Below, piece after piece: positions 14,201 through 27,600 of a stretch of DNA of 64,000 nt. The DNA is from Tubulanus polymorphus. Taxonomy: Eukaryota > Animalia > Nemertea. The stretch is taken from contig NC_134029.1 of the NCBI RefSeq assembly GCF_964204645.1, positions 21,384,950 through 21,448,949 of the forward strand, read 5' to 3'. The notes beneath the pieces are model-generated. The model was not told the origin of the DNA. It worked only from the letters and a program-made list of their open reading frames with translations, and did not search any database. A program made the position numbers and the translations under genes. Position 1 is the first letter of the stretch. Every line of letters starts with the position of its first letter.

Positions 14201-17200
14201 GCACCCAATATAGTTCATGTTTTCGAAGCTGAAACACGATGGACAAACGAACGTGAGAACGTCGGGTTATATCGACATATTGTCAAGGACCCGGGGGGGT
14301 GAACAGACCTAGCCATCTGGACTACGAAGAATGCCGGTTAGTGTTCACGGAAAACTCGAGCTAGATAGCTAGCGGCAATAACGTAGCTTGTAGCCGCCGG
14401 TTGACAGGTGACTGCATGTCGTTCCTTCGCGAGGAACAACCTAAGAACAGTACACATACGGACACGAACGGCGAGATTTTCATTTTTCAAAGCGCTACAG
14501 TTAGAAAGTGAACTTATGTATTTTTATGCTATGTGCATGACATGTGAAATCGATGGCAAATTTCTTTCATTGGGATCATCGAACGTGCCGTTTACGAAGT
14601 CAATTCATATGAATATTTAATGAGTTATTCTAATGAAAAAGTATTGTTCTGGGTTCGTTCCGCGTGAACGAATTGATTAGAACTGCAATAGTCGGAACAA
14701 CAGACCGAAACAGTCAGCTATCCTCGGTGGAATTCGTACGTTGACTGCTGACATATTTCAGAAACCAGAACAAATTTCACAAAGCCGACACACCCCGCAA
14801 TAGACGACTGATCAGTACAAACGGTTGTATCTAAGAAATGCAAGATCAAAAGAAATGATGAGTTTGTAGGCGTCCTTTAACGTGTTGAACACGGATACTC
14901 GCGGGCCGGCAATTTGTGAAACGCATTAGTTTTATTAAAATTGACTGACGTATAGATGATTGGCTTTATAACAAACGGAACTTCAAATGATTGAAAAGTG
15001 ACTGATAACACAAGACACGGTTTTCGAAGCGACAGGCGACAGTGTAGATGATGACACCGTAGGCGACGTGTGACGTACTAATTACCCCCACAGGCGTCAA
15101 TATACATCATACCATCAAACGTTTTCTTAATCGACATTGATTAATTCGAAATTACAGCTCAACAAACGTTAGAAATCCTATTTTAATCAATTCATTGTTA
15201 TACGGCGGGAAAGACTATAATGCGGAGATTTTAGTCGGTCGGCTCCGTATTCGGTTAATTCTAATCATGTCACGGCGTAAAATGTATCCAATTGCACGCG
15301 TTCAATTCTTGCGAGAATTGCGGATTAAGTCCGCTAAGATTAATGATGGAAATTAAATATCGTTTATATTCTGTAGATAAGATTTCAGATATCGATAGTC
15401 AGTGCCGCTATATCGCGATTGCGCCGAGTGAATTATTACGCAATTCGTTTTAAAAACAGACGATAAAACGTTAAGACGATTAAAGTCTGTGTGTTCAGTT
15501 AATCAAACAAATAATCAACGATTATAAGAAACGAATTTGAAGTCATCGAAAACTAAACTACATTTCATTGGCATCTCGGGTGCCTATGTGGACATCCCTT
15601 GTGGATATACAGCCTTTATGGCTCTGTCCAGATTCAGCGGCTTGTTTTTTTTGAAATATTGAATTTTGATGGCGAAATAAATGATAATTATGAATGATGG
15701 TAATGAAATGCGAATAACCGCTGAAAACCGCACGAGATTTTTGAAAAACGTTCTGCGAAGTAACTCGTGGAATGCTGCGATAATGTTGTTCAAATTATGA
15801 ATGAAAACGTTTTGATTTTACGTAAAGGATCGGATCGTATTCGATAGGTTACTATATGAACTGTAGAGCTGTACATGTCGCATAAGTCGTGGCTATGTGT
15901 ACTGGGGGATCATTACAAATATTTAACGTATAAATATATATATACCCTGTACTTCTGGGTAAACAAAATATACCTGTACTTTGTACGTGTTGTCAATCTG
16001 AACGTTTGTGTTGTCATTTTCAAGAGGTTCCGATCAGCCATAGTCCCTGTCTTTACAAGCGCTTTGACACCCGATAATCGGCGCCAATAGAGATAAAACT
16101 TATCACAAACGGGTAAGACTGGTTTACCTCTTATTTACCGCATAGTTCCCCAATGATAACTGCTACAATCTTACAGACGTTGAAAAAATTCGGATACTTC
16201 ACTTCATCTGATTCGAGTTGTTGAAGTTCTTTCAACTCCCTGAGAAAATCCCTGATTAATTTTATCAACTTTTCCGATTTCAGGACGCATTTTCACAGCC
16301 CGCCCCTTCCTTATCCTAAACACACGACTGTCAAAATTGCCAGGATCAAGATTCGCGTTGTATAGTTTATCTGAACCGTTTCATATTCCATAAGGAATTT
16401 TCCGTGGATTTTAGCGAATTCATTTTGCGCATCGGAAAATTTCTATGTGGCGTTAATTGGATTGAAAACCTGTGTTTATCAAACTTAACGGGCAAATCAA
16501 AAATGCATTATCGTTTATGGAGAAGCCATGAGTGGGAGGATGGGTTGGTTGGTTACTGGGAAATGGTGATCACCAGAGCTTCATAGAATTTCATAATTAC
16601 AAATTTCTTAATATGAAGATATGAATCCCTACTCAAATTTTACCACGAGAAAGGTCTACGGTATTAGTTGAATATTCATCGAATATCGCATCTTAGACCT
16701 TGTATCTTTATTCATATTTTACCTGAGGTAATCCCGTTTGCAGTAGGTTTTTCCGTCTCTGACGAAACAGGTACAAGATTCGTCCAAGTACTGATTACAA
16801 TCGGCACATTTCAAACATCTCGCGTGCCACTCCAAATCCGGGGCTACCCTCAATATATACTGATCCTGTATTTGTCCACCACAACCCACACACATTGACA
16901 ACCGACGTTTCTCTGGAAATGAAACAAAATTATTAGTACCAGTATCGAAATAAATGACATCGAAAAACATGCCTCCCAAATTTCACAAGGATAAATGATA
17001 TGAAGACTGAGATGACCGGTCAAATTTTGAAATATTTCCTATAGATATTAGATGTTTTAGCATTTGGAATGATAATTTAACATTATTAACGTTGATATCA
17101 ATATCGAAACAGCACAGTACAAAACTACTGAACAACGGGACAACACCATTGCGCAATATTGTTTTCTGACTTTTCTATTCGGGTTTGAATTACGATAAGG

Positions 17201-18074
17201 TTAGTATAACCATGAACGTATAAACTAGAGTTTATAAACTCTAGTTTAAACGCCCACGGTATATGGGATATCAACATGGACATATTACATATGCGACAGA
17301 AGCGGCAATGATCAGGGCACAAAATTATATATGCTCATCATTTTGTATTCAAGACAATAATCTAACTAATCATCGGACGCTATTATATCTCTCGTGCCAT
17401 CCTACGATTTTGAATCTAGTAAAAACAGATCATTTTACACCGCCACAAAGCTACAAAATTGTTAGAATAACAAGCCTTGCGCTGACATGTTGCGTGACCC
17501 GATCTACGATATTTGTATGTTTTTGAAAACGTACGAAAATATTTCTTCTATTTTGATTCTAACTGAGATCTTTCGGATAAATGAAAGTTATTTCAACTAA
17601 ATCTCATGGGTCCAAAGTTTCGTTCGCATATATAGAGTTACAATATAACTTAATGTTTTCGGATTATATACTGACCGCCTACAATCATGAACTTTGACCA
17701 GTCAAATTACTAATCGTAATATCTAGTATAGAATTCCACAGAAATTGGTAAAAATGATAAATGAAAACGTGAATTTTGAGTTGAAACAATACGATATGAT
17801 AAGCTTTGACCTGTCATTCAACTTCCTAGAGAAACCAACAGAAAAATACTGTGCAATGTTCAAACGAGGACAAAACTACTAATCAAATTCAGAGCACTGA
17901 TACATATGAATTTAAATCTAAAGTCACCACAGGGATTTATAAATAATAACGGGAATAGATAGAAGAATGCGCGGTTGCAGTCTGGTGGAAGTTCTTAGCT
18001 CTATTTACAACACAGTTAGAATAGTGTAAAATGTGAGGTTTCGACTTACTTGTCGGGTGAGGGTCCGACGCCAT
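8242..18074 (-). CDS. ISL1: Islet LIM-homeodomain transcription factor (ISL1/2, tailup ortholog); partial, exons 1-4 only
   Basis: Phase-consistent GT-AG exons: 18074-18050 (MASDPHPT), 16912-16723 ([36 protein letters not shown]..., LIM1), 12584-12298 (LFGQKCTKC...[37 protein letters not shown]2), 8525-8242 ([58 protein letters not shown], Islet-type homeodomain). I found no C-terminal LIM-interaction-domain exon in 1-8241. Confidence 0.96.
13343..13446. mobile_element. MITE-like element, CCAGTTCCACAG TIR family
   Basis: TIRs GGATCCAGTTCCACAGTT ... AACTGTGGAACTGGGTCC; related termini occur at 46669-46797, 35346-35418 and 26864-26992. Confidence 0.7.
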
Positions 18075-18262
18075 GATCTCCGCTTTTGAGGGTGAAATTT
18101 TGCCGGTTAATCCTTATCCAAAATAGAAAGAAAATCCTTCACAAACTGCTGCAGTAACCTATAATACACGTTTTCCTCCAGCGACTATCAGATAATGTTT
18201 ACGAGCAGTAGAACTATCAAGTTCGCCATATAAATTCCCAGTTTCGCCGAGAAATGATTCCG

Positions 18263-18348
18263 ATTGGTAGCTCGCTAATTATCACCGTCACGTGATCACG
18301 CACAGTAGCTGTCATATCGGCCCGAACCACGCCCTAATGGTGACGTCA
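18263..18348 (-). promoter_or_regulatory. Putative Islet proximal promoter motif cluster
   Basis: About 190-270 bp upstream of the ATG: CCAAT on the minus strand (18263-18267), E-box TCACGTGA (18288-18295) and palindromic CRE TGACGTCA (18341-18348). These are motif matches only. Confidence 0.5.
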
Positions 18349-21300
18349 CGCGGTTTTATGTTCTCTAATTCGCCGCGATATGTAATTATATGGTTATTCT
18401 AAGTTAAGATTGGAAGTTGTGCAGAACTACGTGCGAGAGAGACTGGTGACAATATGAAATGAACACGCGCTCCAGAATAACAGAACTTCACGCGCAAGCG
18501 ATCGCGGCTGCACTTTTCAGATGCATCTTCCAGTGATGGCAGAAAATTATTATGAGGATTTTCCCTCAGAAAATTTTTTGAAAATTTCTCGCTATTTAGC
18601 ACAAATATGTTAAAATAAAACAATACCAATGGTGTTATTTGTATTTGAAGTCCTGTCACAGGAAAGTCATCGTTTGAACAATGTTTTACCCAAACTAATA
18701 AAGAATATTTCATTACTGACACAAGGTCAAAGGAGACTAGCAACATGTCCATATTTTTCTGGAAAAAGATTGTTGGCGATGATTATCCCACTACGACGTG
18801 ACACCGTGTTATCGGGAGTTCCAAGAAGTTCTTGCATCGCCGCAAACATGGTTCCGTTTCTTAATCCGCATCCAAAGAGAATCTTCGATTCGGGTTGGGT
18901 CTATTCATATCGGCGTGGACGTATTGACAAGAGCTCTTCTAGTTCAGGAAAAGCCGATATATCACATCGGAGGTCGAATATTTTTACGGCTTCGGTCCAA
19001 ATGGGAGAGGTGTTACGAAGGTGGGCCAATTCAGTCTATTAAAACCAGACCTTGTGTGAGGGAAGAATAAAGAGTCTTTATATCATGAATAGAACACCCA
19101 GGTAAAGAGTAAACTTGGCCCCGGTATTCACGGCTTCGTTTCTCTTTTCGTGATAGTTTGTTCCGTTGGCCTTTTATGTAGCTCTCTTGTGTTGCAGACG
19201 AGAACAAGATACCGGCTTTGAAATGGACAGAAAGGAGCGCGACAATTTACTTCACTCCGAGTTCACATTGTTTGGCGACATTTTTCTTGCTTGTTGTTAT
19301 AGTTGTGGGGTGACAAGGTTCGCTAAACACCAGATTGACAGTCTCGTGTCAAATTATGGTCTATCTGTGTGTACATATTCAACCGTCACGTAAAAAAACT
19401 CTTTCAATCCGCGCATTGTATGAAAACTATGACACAAATACTTGGGTTTTTTTTAAATAGCGACACTAAAACGAAGAACATTTTTCGAAGCTTTTTTAAA
19501 AAAAACAGAAATTGAAACCAAGCCTTCGTCCTGAGATTTTCACAACGAAATCAGCATCTACGCTGAAAAATATCTTAACAACCAATTTTCGGTTTTAGGA
19601 AATTACCTCAAATCAATTTTTGTTATATATTTTTCAATGCATCTTATATATACAGAATACAAAAAAAAATATCTTCATAGTTTGAATATTTCTAGTCAAG
19701 ATTTCGTGAAAAACTGCGATGGTTGTGGTTTATGAAATGATATACTTGTTATTTTTTCTGTATCTGAGCTGATAATGTATCGAGGCAAAAAACTGAACTA
19801 TAGATTGTCGTGATTAATCTGCAATCTTCGTCGAAAGGTTTTTGCGAAGCACTTGAATTTTCTCCAACACGAGTTCATGCGTATGTGTTTAAGGAGCTAT
19901 TTAACGGTAGAACAAGCCCATAGTCGTCGTTTATTGTGTCGAACGAGTTTTATTTGTGCGAAAAATGAAAAGTGTCGTTAAAATAAATATCGCGATCTGC
20001 TGCAGGATGTTGATCTAACCTATAATTTCAGTTCTTCGCCTGATCTCGCGTTCAATGCACCGTGAAATGTGCAGTTTTTAGACAGGTAAAATTCCGAATT
20101 TTCATTGTTTCTTTGTAGCAATGGAACAATATAAAATAATGGTATATTGTAATGTGTATAAGTATCTATTTGCTGTAGTGAAAAGCTTCTATCCAGGCGT
20201 CCGTAAGCCTTGTATTTATATTAGCCTTATTTATGTATGTATGCTATACATTTCTACTGGGTATATTTTTTACGACCATGGAGCTACGGCGGGATGAAAA
20301 TCAGCCAACGCCATCTGGTGATAAATTGTAGTAGTAAGTAAACGTAATTTTCCCGCCGTTTTCTTGCGCTGAAGATCAGCACGCTTTCAATTCACTTTTA
20401 ACAAAATCATTCTTAAGTTGGAACCTTTTAGACAAAAAAAAAGAAAATCTTGAACAAATATTACCGGCCCCATTCTTATGTATAAACTTTTTAGAATTAC
20501 GCATGTATTGGCAATCTTGAAATGCAATCTTACAATCTAAATAAAGAATATGAATCGAAGAGCATTTTAGATCTCGAACTAAAAATGCTTTCAATTGATT
20601 TAATCGTTCACAAAAGAAAAAAAAGTAATTCGTTGATAAAAAAGAATATAAACTGTCGAAACTGAAGATCTTGTTTCCGATAAAAATACAACGTGACAAA
20701 GACCGCGATTGTGAATGTAATGTGTAATTTTAAAACGTTTTAGACATAAAAATGAGGCCAGTAATATATAAAGTCATTCGAAACATCCGTCAAAATCTCA
20801 TGAACGAAGCATTTGTCAGAGTCACAGCACGAATTTTATTGCCCTCTATAGAATGATTTCAAGTGGCTATCGGGACTTTAGGTCTACCTCAACCGCCAAC
20901 CTTGAATCAGCCACAACCACATGTCCATTAGATACGAGTACATAGTTATCTATGATATTTCTTTATTTTATGCAAGTTTTATGACGTTTTACATATGTTC
21001 GGTTTCCGAGGACGTGTTTACCTCATCCTCGATTGCCACAGTCAACTCGCGGTAGCCTAGCTGTTGACGGTGAAGTGCACCGTGTTTCAAGTTGCTGAAA
21101 GGTTTCGTTTTTCATCTGACACAAAAAGGAATATACGTTTATCGATAATAAAGATCAGCAGTAATAAGACGTTATATCCCAAATTGAAAATTGACTAATA
21201 TGTTAATTTAAAGATTATTAGAACGACCCTTCTTCGGTCTAAAATGACAGAAATCACATTTTCAACTAAGGATGGTACTAAACCACCCAAAATATTTCTA

Positions 21301-21373
21301 GTAATTCACTGATAGATTGATATCAATCTCAATCTCAATATTCAATATCAATCTCAATATTCTCGTTATTTTT

Positions 21374-21455
21374 GTTTCTCTGATGAAGTTTAGTCAAAAC
21401 TTCAAAACTGTGAGAATATATTTCTTAAATCATCAACTGTGGATTTTGCTCGTTA
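21374..21455 (+). repeat. Dispersed repeat fragment, copy 1 (related to 26518-26643)
   Basis: Shares GTTTCTCTGATGAAGTTTAGTCAA...CTGT.AGAAT...CAACTGTG..TTTTGCTC with 26542-26638. Confidence 0.75.
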
Positions 21456-24400
21456 TTTCTGGTGATTTTTAATTAACTTTTTAGCCCATTTGAAATTTTG
21501 AGATTTAACGTCTTCTGCGTCAGAGATTTTGTGTTTTTAAGCGATTCATCAGCGGATCAAGTACGTATCTTTCAAATGGACTAACAGTTAGATTTGATGA
21601 TGTAGCCCAAAGAGGCTGTTTTCGATTGGCCGTATGAATTTATATCGTCCAAAAATCAAGTGAAAAAAACACGTTCAAACCCTGTTTGGAAATTGAACTC
21701 AATTAAACATACTCGCGCACGTGTAAATACTAGAAATACGGTTTATTAAACGATTAACTGCGGGCAATTTTTAACAAAAGCTTTTGTTTGATCAAAACTT
21801 AACCTAGGTGCAATTTTAGTATCGGCGGCAGGCGGAGACTCGCTATCAGAGCGTCAGATTCACGCGCGCTCACGACGCGAAACCACTTTATTAAACGGCC
21901 CGGTAAGTGGTGCCTTATCTAAAACATGATAAATCCCGATAAATGACGATAAAATAAGCGTTAATACGATTTGTGAACCTGGGGCGGCACCGTTTAATAG
22001 CCTGTTAACATCGCTGTATCGTTTGACCACGATAATTGTTGTGCGTGTATATTTACAAGTATAATATAGTCCAGTCTGATACAGGGTATCGATATTGACG
22101 CTTAATGGAACACCTGTCCAGCTAGCAAAAATTCCCCTATTTGTAGTTGACGCCAGGGCTCTCCTTGGCAATAGTTTTCAAATACATATACCTCTCGGAT
22201 TTCGTAATATCGCAGATTATTATTAGTAAACTGCATTGGTAAAATTTTCATTCATGAACGAGACAGATCGACATCACATAGCAAATCTGTGAGCAGACGG
22301 CACCCACTACATACACAATATTTATCATCAGCCATAAATGAAAATCGGTGATTCTTCAATACTTCGCGAGATGAATACAGTAACCGATTGTTCGGGAGAT
22401 ATGTTCGCCGGTCGCCCGCCCGTCGCTTCCTCATTCGCGTACCAGTCACCAGAACAAACAGCGCGCGCGCACGGGCCAGCATGTTTTATTGTTCGACGCG
22501 AAACTCAATCTACCATCAGCGCGGTGAAGAGAGCATTGAGTTTGACCCCATATCGTTCATACCATATGGCCCCTGCAAATGGACGTTCATACCATCTGTC
22601 CCTAGTGGAAGTGGTACGGATCCGAACCGTTAGCACGCGATCGACGAACGCGCGCGCATACACGCAAAATATCTCGTCTGAAAGAAAATTACTCTCCAAC
22701 TGTCATCTAACGTTATCTAGTATAAACGATTTACTTCAAATATGAGTAAGAAATATACTTACATGATGTACGCGCTGCCTCAGCTTTTTGATATGGTGCG
22801 AGAAAACGAAAATGGGCGTAAAAAGTTTTATCGTGTCTCTATCCGTACAGAAACATTTGTTGGTATATTGGCCCTGTGGCCCGAAACAGCCTGCCATTTC
22901 TATAGCCTGGAATAGAAATTAAAAAGGTGATCTGCGACAAAGTTATTCTCCATCAGAACATCGTTTCTCGTCTTCGCATTTTATATTCGATCCAGTTTTC
23001 GATTGTTTTGTTTTTACTATTGTCTAAAACCATTCCGTAGCGAAACTTTTTCTCTATAGTAACTCGCTCTAAGTCGTGGCCGTGTAAAAAAAGTAGTGAT
23101 GTCATCACTGCACAGTATACCTCGGGTTGCAGGCGATTATTATTCATGCTCTGGTCGTTGTCTGATTAACACAGTTAATATTTACCAATAACCCGGTCCT
23201 GTGTTATGTGATTTTGATTCGGAAACGAGCAAATATCGGAGCAGTCAGTACTTTCCGTCGGGCGATGATTGCAACTCACACTTTCACAAAGGAATAAATC
23301 AGATGCTATTTGCCGTCGGTAAATTCATTCCGACCCTGGCTGTTTGCTTCGTAGGAATTAATTTGTCAAAATATAACAAGATCAGCAAACCACGATTGAA
23401 GTTCGTGTCGTCCTGGCGTTTCTCCGTTGAAAGATGAGCATCTTTTTAAAACACGGCAGATGACAGTGACAAAATGTTTCCTGTCACTATTTACCGGGCG
23501 GTTATCAAGATCTTTGATTAGTGACTTGGGGGAAAATGTTCGCGAGCGATCTATGAATTTTCGTATTTCATTCCATGACTTTTACCCCGGAGTTACCGAT
23601 TTAAATTTGAATTTAATTTTCAACGACGGGCGCGCTCCTACGGATCATCTCCCGCCGTGTCTTAGTTCTGTCGAGGAAGCTAGATGGCAGCACGTTCTGG
23701 AGCCGGGAACCTCCAAGCCTTGGGTTCGAATCCTGAATATAATATCATGCTTAATTCCTTGAAACTTCACGAGAACAAGATCAGTTGTTGGATAAACTGT
23801 TAAAACATTTTATTTATTGCTCAAATATTAGCTGTTTGCATTGGCACATGCCTCAAAATATCATCTAAACCCAATTTGGTTAAGCGAAGGTTTTTACATC
23901 AAGTCTTGGCCAAAAACCAATAGCGCAAGACATTTCACACAATAACGTCACAATTTCAGCAGCATAATTAGGTAATTAATGCATATCAACGATCACTCGT
24001 TAATTTAGACAAGATTCAGAAACATATATAGTAAACATACACAATAACAAGGTCTTAACATTTCATATATAATATAAGCCAGCAACCCCATTCCTAAAAC
24101 GTGTATACAAGTGTCAATATAATGCATAAATCACTGCGTTAGTAAAGGCCTTTTTTTCAACTATAAATACCCCGGTATAATAATGATTTATGAAGTTAAA
24201 CAATTACCGTTTATACCACCGTGATAAGATATTGATTCTACTACAGGAAACATTATTTAACTCTAACCCACAACAAAACATACATTTGTTTCATCACATA
24301 ATATATACTACCTACAAATATAACTCAGAATATGGACAAAATATGTTTTTTCCTTAAATTGAGATGCATGATTTAAGTAAAATACAGCCAGCCCCAAAAC

Positions 24401-24495
24401 ATTTGACTCACCAATGAGGTATTGTACCGTAAGTGAAAAGAAGCGTATAATGACTCCAGTTTTACGGGAACTCAGATTTGTGGACCCGAGCAGCA

Positions 24496-24622
24496 CTACT
24501 GATGCTGTTGCTGTAAATGATGCGAAGAATGATGCTGTTGCTGCAAATGATGATGATGAGTAAGATGATGAGGGTGATGTTGTAAATATCGAGATTGTTC
24601 CACTAACAGTTGCTCAGGTGTT

Positions 24623-24655
<33 letters not shown>

Positions 24656-27600
24656 TGTTGATGATGCTGTGAAGCGTTCAGAGTTGATGCGTATGAAGTA
24701 ATCGGAGATGTTAACGTGCCCGTATTAGACTGCTGAGTCGTACCCGACTGATGGGGCTGCTGTAACATCCTCTGCTGCTGCTGCTGCTGCTGCTGCGGAT
24801 GAGAGCCAATGAGATGCTGCTGCTGCTGCTGCTGCTGCTGCACGATATTCGTGTTCTGGCGAGCCGGAGCGCTGTATAACGAGGAATTGTGTCCATACAT
24901 AGACGTAGTGAGCGCTAGCATTTCTGTGAGCATCGGTTGCGGAATGTATTTCTGCTGCTGCTGCTGCTGTGTGTCGGATTGCGGAGTCGATTGCGCTCCG
25001 GTGGTTGTCGTGAATTGCGGATGAGTCATACACTGAATCGTTCGTTCGTAATTCGACTGCGGTAGTGGGGTACGCTGGTACACGATATCCGATATGACCT
25101 GCTCCATACCGACGGCCGCCAGATTCGTCAAATGCGACAAATCCGCCTGGTTACCGACGGCGATCTGCGGCGTCGATTCGCGATGCAACGGCGTCTGCGA
25201 CGAAGCGCGCTCCGATTCCGCCGCCGATTCGAGTTGATCCGTGAATCCGCCGCTGAGAGCGATGCTACGCGCGACGATATCCATACACGGCGCCTGCGGC
25301 AGCAATAACTGATTGCTGACCTTCGCGATCTCGCGCGAAATCGCGTCGCTAACGTCGCGTTCCGTTTCCTCCTCCGTTCGCTCGTTCCGCTCCTCATCGA
25401 TGACCTTGACCTTACGCGCGGGCGGCATGTTCTGATCGGTGCCGTGAACGGACTTCATGTGGCGGCGTAGATTGTACTGACGATTGAAGCTGCTGCCGCA
25501 CCAGCACAGGTGCGGTTTCAGCTGGCTGTGACATGTTTGATGGCGGCTGAGCGCGTTGGGTGTTTTGAACGCTTGCGGACATTTCGGACACTGGAAATTT
25601 CTCGTGTTCGTATGACGGTACAGAATGTGAGTCTCGAGCGTTTTCTTCGTGTGGAACGCCGAGCCGCACAACTCGCAGATGAAATTGCGTTCGGAGAAAT
25701 GTCGCAGGATGTGACGTTTCAGATTGGTGTTTTCGCGACATTTATAATCGCAATGTGGACATTGATGAGGTCGCTCGTCCGTATGAGTCTTCATGTGTCT
25801 TTGCAGAGCATATTTTCTATAAAGGAATAAACAAAACGATATAAATCTTAAGTGGTTTACCCTTACATACTCATCTCCCAGATTTGGCCAAACCCTACCT
25901 GATTAGCCCGATGTACATGGGGCAGATTAGATGTGGCACATTTTTAGCTATTTTAATCAGAAACCACAATTTATCATAGCCAAAGTTATTCCTTTTATAG
26001 CCATCCGAGAAATATTTCTCAGCAAAATATTTCTCTGCAATTTCTCAGGCAACCTGATTGGCACTGCACCTAACCTGCACCAATCGATTTGAATCCTTGA
26101 TGAGGAAGAAGGATGATTGATGCATATTTTCTGTACATTGCACTTCTATCAAGGCAAGGGCCTTTACATTTTTTAACTTTCATTGGTCAGAGTCCAGGTC
26201 CAATAAGTTTTACTGTAGCAGTTATTGAATACGAATTACCTGAAATAAGCTTGTCCACACAGAGCACACAAGTGCGTCCGTTCTTTGCCTCGCTGTCCGG
26301 TTTTGACGAGATGTGAATTTGTCATTTCGTGTTTCTTGTACGCTTTTATTGTCCGGAAAAACATATCACATATTTCGCATTTTACCGGTCGTTCACCTGA
26401 AAATAAAAGACATGAGTACCACTAAAATATGTGTCATTCATTGGATCAATAAGTACATAGGGTTCTTACAGCTCAGGGAATCAAAACTTGACTGATATTA
26501 ATTTCAGTATTTCAGAGTTAATGAGCAAAAGCCACAGAAACGTTTCTCTGATGAAGTTTAGTCAACGCTTCCAACACTGTCAGAATTCTTACTTACTGTC
26601 AGAATTGACTGTAATACCACCAACTGTGAGTTTTGCTCATTAACAATGAATCCAAAATTCTATATATATTTCTCTGGCCCTTGTGACCATAAATTCCCTG
26701 ATTAAACTATAGATATCCTCTGTATCGGCTGTTTTTTCTCAAAGGATTCCTTACGTGCAACTTACTCATCACCAACAAGAACGACAAGACACCAAAAATT
26801 GAAATCCCAGACTTATCAAAAAGGTTTTTGAACTCCCTGACTTCCCTGATCTGTAACAGAAACCTGGACCCAGTTGCTGCGAAGTTGGTAAAAGATAACC
26901 AGTGGATAAATACTATAGAAACAATGAACTATTAATTGTCACTTCGTCAACTATCCACTGGTTTAACCAACTTTTGAGTTAACTAGTCCCAGATGATAGA
27001 GGTAAGTGTTCAATATGTACCTGAGTGAATTTTCAAGTGTTTTTCCAGCAGTTTAGGACGGAAGAATTTCTGATCGCATTCCGTGCATCCATATTTCAGC
27101 TCGTCGGGGTGCGCGTCGTGTACGTGATCACGTAACGCCGATTTACTCGCGAACGCCTCGCCGCAGAACGCGCACAAAGGATCGTGCACGCGTTTATGCT
27201 GCACGTACAGCGCTCGCGTGTCGAACGTTTTGTCGCATTGTTTACACGTGTTTCGCGACGAGCCGCGTTTATGCGACGTCACGTGAGCGTAATACTCCTC
27301 TTTATCGGCGATGAACTCGCCGCAGTGTAGACAAACGAACCGACCCTCGGCGTGTATCTTATAATGCTTGTAAAGCGTCAATTTGCGACTGAAGAATTTC
27401 GGCTGCGAGCAATAAACGCAGAAATACTTCGTCGACTGGACCTGATGTTTTAGACGCACGTGGCGACGTAGTTGACTCGTCATCAAGAATTTCGCCGGGC
27501 ACTCGTCGCACGCATGGTTTTTCGAGTTCGTTTTTTTGCATAGTTCCAGGTGAAATTCGTAGAGCGCCGCGTTCGCGAATTCCGACCGACACAATCGACA

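Noticed and set aside
18399-23762. Several 100-137-aa ORFs upstream of Islet
   Set aside because: No family motifs or exon chain; consistent with intergenic or regulatory DNA.
24711-25033. PolyS, polyA and polyC ORFs
   Set aside because: Alternative-frame and antisense readings of the CAG tracts in the zinc-finger gene.
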